From: an uncultured Rhodanobacteraceae bacterium | GTDB taxonomy: Bacteria > Pseudomonadota > Gammaproteobacteria > Xanthomonadales > Rhodanobacteraceae | Length of the DNA stretch: 32,000 nucleotides | Direction of reading: 5' to 3' | Assembly (NCBI GenBank): GCA_964466115.1 | Contig: CAYXMH010000001.1 | Location: forward strand, 84,389-116,388 | Shown here: piece after piece, positions 22,701-27,894 of the stretch | How the letters are laid out: each line of letters opens with the position of its first letter | Numbering within the stretch: the first letter of the stretch is position 1 | The notes under the pieces: generated by a model | Seen by the model: the letters and a program-made list of their open reading frames with translations, nothing else | Database searches by the model: none | What the model was told of the DNA's origin: nothing | Made by a program: the position numbers and the translations under genes

Positions 22701-24658
22701 TGGAAGAACCCTTAGCAGGCGGCAGCGCGATTGGAAGTGCGACGCGCACCCGGATCACGCCAACCTACGATACCCTCAACCGCGGCACCGGCTGGGGCAT
22801 GACGGACGACGTCTCTTCGATCGCGCAATCGCGCGTGGCGATGCGCTTTGACGACTCGATGGTTGGTATGGGACGGATTAGCCAATACGAGAGCGATCTA
22901 TTTGTTGCCACTCCAGGTTACGACCCCGTCGATGCGATGGAATACGGGGAATTGAACGCGTTAGGCTACTCAGTACCGGAAGCGCACGCAGCCTACCCGG
23001 GCATGGTGCAGACCGTGGGTCACACCGACGCCGCCCACGATCGCAACCTCAATAACATCACCTATCAGATGCCATTGACCGGAGAACGAGTGCAGTCCGC
23101 AGTAAGTTACGACAGCGCCGGGCGCGTCACGCGCGTGGACGGTTTGATTGGGGAAGGCAGCCGCACCTACGCTTACGACGAACGCAGTCGATTGACCCAC
23201 GCCAGCCGCTGGGACGCCGCCATGGGACATCAAGGCACCAAAGGCTACAGCTACGATCCGATCGGCAACCGCACTCAAGTGGAGACCGAAGACCCCTACT
23301 TCAATCCGATCAGCATCGATCGCACCGTGAGCTACGGCGCATCAAACCGACTGGACACAATCCAGATCGGTAGCACTGCACAAGCGGCAGAGCACGATGC
23401 CGCAGGCAATATGACCTTCAACCCGAGCAACGGGCAACATTACCGTTGGGATCAAGAGAACCGACTGATAAGAATCGACTATCCGATTAAAGACGCACAA
23501 CCCAGCGAGAAGTCCAAAGACTACACGCTGTTCACCTACGACAGCCAAAACCGCGTAAGACGGATTCAAGAGTTTGAGAGCGGCAGCGTGGCGGAGGACG
23601 TCAACTACGTCTGGATCGGCAGCCAATTGGCGCAAAAGCGTAGAACAGCGGACCAGCAAATCCTTCAGACTTATAACGCGGATGGCTACGCCGATCACAA
23701 CGCCGACGGAACGATCACGAAATACCTGCTAACGAGAGACTACTTAGGCAGCATCACCGGAAAAGTCAACGCCACGGGACAAATCCTGGAGCGCATCGAT
23801 TACGACGCGTGGGGTGAGCCTGAGAATCGGCGAGTTAGAGACGGAACTGGAAACCTCGTCAGCGCCGACCGTAACACCAGCACGATTCCGTTTGGCTATG
23901 CCGGATATTGGAAACACAACCGATCAAAACTCAGCATTACCGCACATCGATTCTACGATGCAAAACTCGGAAGATGGCTATCCAAAGACCCGATCGCCGA
24001 GCTCGGTGGCGTTAATCTCTATGCGTATGTGGGGAATAACCCGGTAAACTTGACCGACCCGAGTGGGCTAGACCCCAACGATCTAACACCTGAGCGCAGA
24101 GCGGAATGCATCGCTGAATTGCAACGCATCATTGAACTGACTAGAAGATCTCGAGAAATATCGGAAGGACGCGACCCGACATACAACCGCTTTGCTAGGA
24201 TTATAGAAATAATAATGAGCTTGCCAGATGCAGAACTTGATAAAAAGATGAACTTGGACAGGCTTAATGAAGCTCAAGCCGAAACGCAGCGCTTGTGGCA
24301 AACCTATGTTAGTCCATCTTTGAACTCCATAGAGGCTTGGAACAATAGCGATTGCGGTAAAGCACTTGGTGCCATTTCAAAGAAGGCAACCGCGGAGGAT
24401 ATAGAAGACCAATTTGCCGATATTCTACCGGAGCCAACGCAGCAAAGAACCAGTGGAAATTTGGCTTATGTTCCAAGTCCTCAACTCGGTCTCGGAGCAA
24501 CCGGTCTTGATATCAATAGCGGTGGGATTTGGACAGCCATCGAAGACCACCCCGTAATTACTTTTGGTACTATCGTTGGTACCGGAGGATTCGCTGCTTG
24601 GGTATTTGGGCCAACCGCCGTCGCCTACGGTTTGTTCGGAATTTTCGTTACTCCTTAA
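19796..24658 (+). CDS. RHS/YD-repeat protein with Sec-like signal peptide and unrecognised C-terminal tip (candidate polymorphic toxin)
   Basis: About 1620 aa; N-terminal MKIKQMSSAVLMALGMGLVLEPVFG hydrophobic leader; YD-type repeats (YDANGALLSKRLSDP, YDPVYGRINRKFDAIG, YDSAGRVTRVDG, YDERSRLTHASRW); canonical core end HRFYDAKLGRWLSKDPIAELGGVNLYAYVGNNPVNLTDPSGLD. Confidence 0.92.
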   Translation: MKIKQMSSAVLMALGMGLVLEPVFGGALDHAAPGATGVSATSCAGGASRNPAGCDGHGVLKYAFTFSGDLRLWDEPTSYIPAYGPWVSLGVSMNSSEVKRSPGTQAGGWNVGLSGYVTTVVNTGTTQFAEVPAPVTNAVQVYLSQGGFETYVSSSACSATSGTRCTFAKDAISQATVSRAGGDTGVLASYPAAVRAQLLDPRGFARALPGGGYEVYGGSLESIRVVPGGYEAWLSARVDRTGLALVFHYDTRPSGIKRVRSLTDASGLETHLYYPDNEPRWSASPPQGLSELLAVSPTAEGLLTSIADPYGHRAEFTYQDAWTGWVLGEPLALKTDSLRAAVLAQSGLFRLIASQDVLGVRSLIRYGCGAVILPDTLEHLRAGIRDGIAIPASCVNARSGIPLPGPTWLDPAATETPYGINRYKRVDVVSDSQHRLGWIVQNPAGNIEWKETLFGTQDIGLQSQLAALLGRGTAPSDRPAHIPVSAWNSLLRLPASAYRTGYQWSFKALDEWPDNPAFHGVDLFAMAGAPAMPPLALAHIEQYAHDYPAGSEEASLSQVKIWEKTPGESEGVYYGYENATDAATFRPQPMPGAPLTGATHAQPSPSVVARRLDDGTFQAVYQQYNEQGNPTLRVDAMGGAQETVYAPNGIDVTDLYAVRWSVDAMGLGHATHLERLAHFVVNDQGQVTREEGTLAGVGTTLDYETAAPYRLAGVTNELGLRTRYHWSTIGTDPTTRVDRLTVTAPNGLVSTSDYRQGAVVRQESQGRIREYAGQDAFGRPATVSVGGEIKVRYTYNPANLLDLQTIRNETNASEVKLITDYLGRVQWSWQTNAMGEVVSSSQRSYDLSGNLASLWTSGASTTEVVAWYYDVQGRPTLRWDTEGSQTQLSYSPTTGRLTGSQDANGQWTYYRYDANGALLSKRLSDPVSGRETVRMEYDPVYGRINRKFDAIGMTEYHYTPYQPYRLEWMEEPLAGGSAIGSATRTRITPTYDTLNRGTGWGMTDDVSSIAQSRVAMRFDDSMVGMGRISQYESDLFVATPGYDPVDAMEYGELNALGYSVPEAHAAYPGMVQTVGHTDAAHDRNLNNITYQMPLTGERVQSAVSYDSAGRVTRVDGLIGEGSRTYAYDERSRLTHASRWDAAMGHQGTKGYSYDPIGNRTQVETEDPYFNPISIDRTVSYGASNRLDTIQIGSTAQAAEHDAAGNMTFNPSNGQHYRWDQENRLIRIDYPIKDAQPSEKSKDYTLFTYDSQNRVRRIQEFESGSVAEDVNYVWIGSQLAQKRRTADQQILQTYNADGYADHNADGTITKYLLTRDYLGSITGKVNATGQILERIDYDAWGEPENRRVRDGTGNLVSADRNTSTIPFGYAGYWKHNRSKLSITAHRFYDAKLGRWLSKDPIAELGGVNLYAYVGNNPVNLTDPSGLDPNDLTPERRAECIAELQRIIELTRRSREISEGRDPTYNRFARIIEIIMSLPDAELDKKMNLDRLNEAQAETQRLWQTYVSPSLNSIEAWNNSDCGKALGAISKKATAEDIEDQFADILPEPTQQRTSGNLAYVPSPQLGLGATGLDINSGGIWTAIEDHPVITFGTIVGTGGFAAWVFGPTAVAYGLFGIFVTP
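23987..24073 (+). other. RHS-core C-terminal boundary motif (DPIAELGGVNLYAYVGNNPVNLTDPSGLD)
   Basis: Direct match in translation to the conserved DPxxxxGGxNLYxYVxNNPxxxxDPxGL motif that precedes variable tips in RHS proteins. Confidence 0.9.
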
Positions 24659-24690
24659 TATTTTAAATTCATAAATGCGTGTGGATTGAT

Positions 24691-24727
24691 AAGGCGCAAT
24701 GCCCTTTGGGTATTGCGCCTTATTTTT
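24691..24727 (+). terminator. Rho-independent terminator of the RHS gene
   Basis: AAGGCGCAAT GCCCTTTGGGT ATTGCGCCTT followed by ATTTTT: perfect 10-bp stem plus T-tract, 33 nt after the RHS stop. Confidence 0.85.
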
Positions 24728-24786
24728 CTGTAATGGAAAGCTGGGCTTGTCAGCCGAGCCTACAATCCTATCTTCCACTTTTCCAT

Positions 24787-24812
24787 AAAAAAACGGGGCC
24801 ATTTAGGCCCCG
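24787..24812 (-). terminator. Rho-independent terminator of degP/mucD
   Basis: Minus strand GCGGGGCC TAAAT GGCCCCG TTTTTTT, immediately downstream of the protease stop codon. Confidence 0.85.
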
Positions 24813-24838
24813 CAAGGGAATCTCAAGACGAGGACATG

Positions 24839-26251
24839 TCAGCCTTTGTCTTTCGGCACTGCAACCGCAATAAAGGTGGTGATCTCATCACGCCGCACCA
24901 GCAGCATGACCGAATCACCTGGCTGAACATCGTGAATCGCCGCATTAAAATCGGTTACCGATTTCACCGGTTTACGCCCGACCATCAATACCACATCGCC
25001 AGGCTGTAAACGCGCTCGCTGAGCCGCGCCGCTGACGTGCGTAATCAAAACACCATCGTCCTTTAACTTAAGTTGTTTGCGCTGCTCGGCCGTTAAATCA
25101 TCAACCACAATGCCAAGCGAATTCTTTGCAACGGGTTCACCAGGGCTACCGGCCAGTTTATTTTTATCTTGCGGCAACTCGCCTACTTGCACCGGCACCG
25201 TCAGCGTTTTGCCATCCCGGAAAATCGACAGCTCCGCCTTGCTTCCCGGTTTTGTCGAACCGACCAACGGCGGTAAATCGGAAGAGTGATCGATCTCGTG
25301 CCCGTTGTAGGAGAGGATGACGTCGCCAACGTGGATATCGGCTTTATCGGCACCGCTGCCCGGCGTAACCGCATTGACCAAAGCGCCGCCCAAGCGTGGC
25401 AACTTCAAGCTCTGGGCCAAAGCGCCGTCGACGTTTTGGATCTGCACGCCAATCATGCCGCGCGATACACGACCCTTGTCTTTAATTTGGTCCACCGCCG
25501 ACATCGCAACGTCGATTGGAATCGCGAACGACACGCCCATGTAACCGCCGGTGTTGCTAAAAATCTGGGAATTGATCCCCACGACTTGGCCGTCGAGGTT
25601 AAACAACGGCCCACCCGAATTTCCCCGATTGATTGGCACATCGCTTTGGATAAACGGGACGTATTGCTGATCGGCTGCGCCAAAACTGCGTCCAATCGAG
25701 CTTATGATGCCGTGAGTAACCGAGTGATCGAAATTAAACGGCGAGCCAATCGCCACCACCCACTGCCCCGGCTTGAGCTTTTTGGAGTCGCCAATACTCA
25801 CTACCGGTAGGCCACCGGCATTTACCTTCAATAAGGCAATATCGGTCTGCGGATCCGTACCGATCACCTTCGCCTCCAACTCACGGCGGTCAGAAAGCCG
25901 CACCAACACTTGGTCGGAACCATCAACCACGTGATTATTGGTTAATACGTAACCATCGGCGGAGATGATAAACCCCGAACCCAGTGAGATACGCGAGCTA
26001 TCTGCATGCGGCAACCGCCCCTGCGGGCCGAAGAATCGACGGAAGATTTCGGGGATTTCCTGCTCGTCCGGTTCTCCAGGCTGCATCTGCGGGTTCTCCG
26101 CGGCGTTATGCGTGGCCTGAACATTCACCACGGCCGGGCCGTTTTTTTCCGCCAGCTGAGTAAAATCCGGCAAGTCGGCGTAGCAAGACTGGGTCAACAG
26201 CGTCCCAAACGCGACAACAAAATACATCCAATGTGATGATACTCGCTTCAT
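24839..26251 (-). CDS. Periplasmic serine protease, DegP/DegQ/MucD (HtrA) family
   Basis: Signal-like N-terminus MKRVSSHWMYFVVAFGTLLTQSCYA; catalytic TNNHVVDG, DIALLKV, GNSGGPLFNLDGQVVGINS; two PDZ domains (GMIGVQIQ, GIVVDDL). Start set at 26251 (MKRVSS) rather than 26263. Confidence 0.93.
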   Translation of the reverse strand: MKRVSSHWMYFVVAFGTLLTQSCYADLPDFTQLAEKNGPAVVNVQATHNAAENPQMQPGEPDEQEIPEIFRRFFGPQGRLPHADSSRISLGSGFIISADGYVLTNNHVVDGSDQVLVRLSDRRELEAKVIGTDPQTDIALLKVNAGGLPVVSIGDSKKLKPGQWVVAIGSPFNFDHSVTHGIISSIGRSFGAADQQYVPFIQSDVPINRGNSGGPLFNLDGQVVGINSQIFSNTGGYMGVSFAIPIDVAMSAVDQIKDKGRVSRGMIGVQIQNVDGALAQSLKLPRLGGALVNAVTPGSGADKADIHVGDVILSYNGHEIDHSSDLPPLVGSTKPGSKAELSIFRDGKTLTVPVQVGELPQDKNKLAGSPGEPVAKNSLGIVVDDLTAEQRKQLKLKDDGVLITHVSGAAQRARLQPGDVVLMVGRKPVKSVTDFNAAIHDVQPGDSVMLLVRRDEITTFIAVAVPKDKG

Positions 26252-26322
26252 GTTTAACCTCATAAAATAATCATTTGCAATTGTAGAGATAAATTTATTT
26301 AGCTAAATGCCAATGGCACTGG

Positions 26323-26350
26323 TTGGATAACAATGATCGCACAAAGTTCC
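26323..26350 (-). promoter_or_regulatory. Sigma-E type promoter driving degP/mucD
   Basis: Minus strand reads GGAACTT (26350..26344), 16 nt spacer, TCCAA (26327..26323), matching the ggAACTT-N15/16-TCnAA consensus; located about 70 nt upstream of the protease start. Confidence 0.8.
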
Positions 26351-26439
26351 ACCTCGTTACTTTGAACGTTGCCGCAAGCGGAATTTATTTGCCCGGAGTC
26401 CAGCCACTTTATTCCATTCAATTCAATGCTTTTATTATC

Positions 26440-26509
26440 GTCATTCCGCACGGGTGGGAATTCAGTTACAGAGAAATGCTCTCGAGATTCCCGTCGGCGC
26501 GGGAATGAC
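26440..26509. repeat. ~70-bp imperfect inverted-repeat element (REP/MITE-like, dRS3-like GTCATTCC...GGAATGAC ends)
   Basis: GTCATTCCGCACGGGTGGGAATTCAG ... CTCGAGATTCCCGTCGGCGCGGGAATGAC: outer 8 bp perfectly inverted, with imperfect arms of about 25 nt. Confidence 0.75.
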
Positions 26510-26559
26510 AACACCTAAGGGGTTGGATTTATTACTTGGCATCCCAAACCGAGTGCTAC

Positions 26560-27183
26560 TTATGGTGGGTTAGCGGATTTGTCTTGGGGGGCGGCCGCAG
26601 GTGTTTGCTGGCGCGCGGGTTCAATCAATAGTACATACGGCGCAACGCCAGAATGCACACCCGGCCCATTTGCCTCGTGGCGGTTCAAATACGATGCGAA
26701 TCGCGGATCGTATGATGGCGAAAGGGATTGGCCGTAATCGAAACTGGCGGCGGCCACCACGGGTGGTGTTGTAAGCAGCAGCGGCGTTCGCGATTCAACC
26801 GCGGGCTCTATCGCGCGACTGGGTTCAATGTTGGCGGTAACGCCACGCAAAGAGGAATCCGGATAACCGGCCGGACGAGATATCAAAAGCGCCACAACCG
26901 CAACCGCCGCAGCAATGGCACCACCCGACGCCCAACGCATCCAACGCGTCGAGGAGGGTGTCATAACCTCTTTTTCGATACGCGCCATCACTGCGTGTGC
27001 AAAATCGATGGTGACGGCGGCATCCAATTGACGGCGCAAGCAGGCTCGCGTTACGTGATAGCGCGACCAATGTTGCGAGAGATTTGCATCCGCTTCACAG
27101 CGGCGCAACAAAAACCGCGCGGCATTGTGTTCCAGTTCCCCATCCATTAACGCGGAGAGTTGCTCTAATGTTTGCTCAGTCAT
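26560..27183 (-). CDS. rseA: Anti-sigma-E factor RseA/MucA family
   Basis: N-terminus MTEQTLEQLSALMDGELEHNAARFLLRRCEADANLSQHWSRYHVTRACLRR typical of RseA-N; a single hydrophobic segment (GGAIAAAVAVVALLI); 6 nt downstream of rpoE. Confidence 0.87.
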   Translation of the reverse strand: MTEQTLEQLSALMDGELEHNAARFLLRRCEADANLSQHWSRYHVTRACLRRQLDAAVTIDFAHAVMARIEKEVMTPSSTRWMRWASGGAIAAAVAVVALLISRPAGYPDSSLRGVTANIEPSRAIEPAVESRTPLLLTTPPVVAAASFDYGQSLSPSYDPRFASYLNRHEANGPGVHSGVAPYVLLIEPARQQTPAAAPQDKSANPP

Positions 27184-27189
27184 GGGGTT

Positions 27190-27777
27190 TCACACCTTGG
27201 AATCCGATAGCAAAGGACGTAATTGATTATCGATGGCTTCACGCGCCCGAAAAATACGGGAACGCACAGTTCCTATCGGGCAATTCATCGCAACAGCAAT
27301 TTCTTCGTAACTCAAACCATCCACCTCGCGCAGAGTAATTGCGGTCTTGAGCTCTTCGGGTAGCTGTTCGACCGTAGCAAACACCGTTTGTTCAATTTCC
27401 TGACGCAACAACTCGTGCTCCGGGGTCGCACCATCTTTTAGCCGAATTCCACTATCCAATTGCACTGCATCGTCGACGTTGACATCATCGGTCGGTGGCC
27501 TGCGGCCTTGCGATACCAGGTGATTTTTCGCCGTATTGATGGCAATTTTGTATATCCACGTATAAAACTGACTGTCGCCACGAAACGCACCGATCGCGCG
27601 ATACGCGCGAATGAACGATTCCTGCGCCACGTCCTGGCATTCGCTCCAATCCGAAATATAGCGCGAGATGACGCTGATCAACTTGTGCTGATATTTGCGC
27701 ACCAGTAGATCGAAAGCCCGCTTATCTCCGTTTTGAACCCGTGCAACCAGCAACTGATCCGAGTCTAATTCGCCCAT
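27190..27777 (-). CDS. rpoE: RNA polymerase sigma factor RpoE/AlgU
   Basis: 195 aa; DQLLVARVQNGDKRAFDLLVRKYQHKLISVISRYISDWSECQDVAQESFIRAYRA, GLSYEEIAVAMNCPIGTVRSRIFRAREAI. Confidence 0.96.
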   Translation of the reverse strand: MGELDSDQLLVARVQNGDKRAFDLLVRKYQHKLISVISRYISDWSECQDVAQESFIRAYRAIGAFRGDSQFYTWIYKIAINTAKNHLVSQGRRPPTDDVNVDDAVQLDSGIRLKDGATPEHELLRQEIEQTVFATVEQLPEELKTAITLREVDGLSYEEIAVAMNCPIGTVRSRIFRAREAIDNQLRPLLSDSKV

Positions 27778-27818
27778 CCGGGCCTTACTCCTTGTATGTT
27801 GACCCGGCCGACGCGAAG

Positions 27819-27846
27819 ATAGACCGTGATCGGAAAAATTAGTTCA
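27819..27846 (-). promoter_or_regulatory. Candidate autoregulatory sigma-E promoter of rpoE
   Basis: Minus strand TGAACTA-N16-TCTAT, same spacing as the mucD promoter, about 42 nt upstream of the rpoE ATG. Confidence 0.5.
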
Positions 27847-27894
27847 CGCGTTAAACTTAACCTTTGCTGACGCAGTCCACAGCAACACTTTCAC

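Noticed and set aside
24691-24727. Terminator stem considered as an attenuator or small RNA
   Set aside because: It has the simple form of an intrinsic terminator (10-bp stem plus T-run) located directly after the RHS stop; no additional structure is required to explain it.
24425-24802. 125-aa minus-strand ORF downstream/antisense of the RHS tip, considered as an immunity protein
   Set aside because: It is antisense to the RHS coding region, crosses both intrinsic terminators, and its sequence looks like non-coding translation. Kept only as a low-probability test item.
24679-24873. 64-aa plus-strand ORF immediately downstream of RHS, considered as an immunity gene
   Set aside because: It spans the RHS terminator and the convergent degP/mucD terminator and runs into the 3' end of the protease. 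No convincing protein-like sequence.
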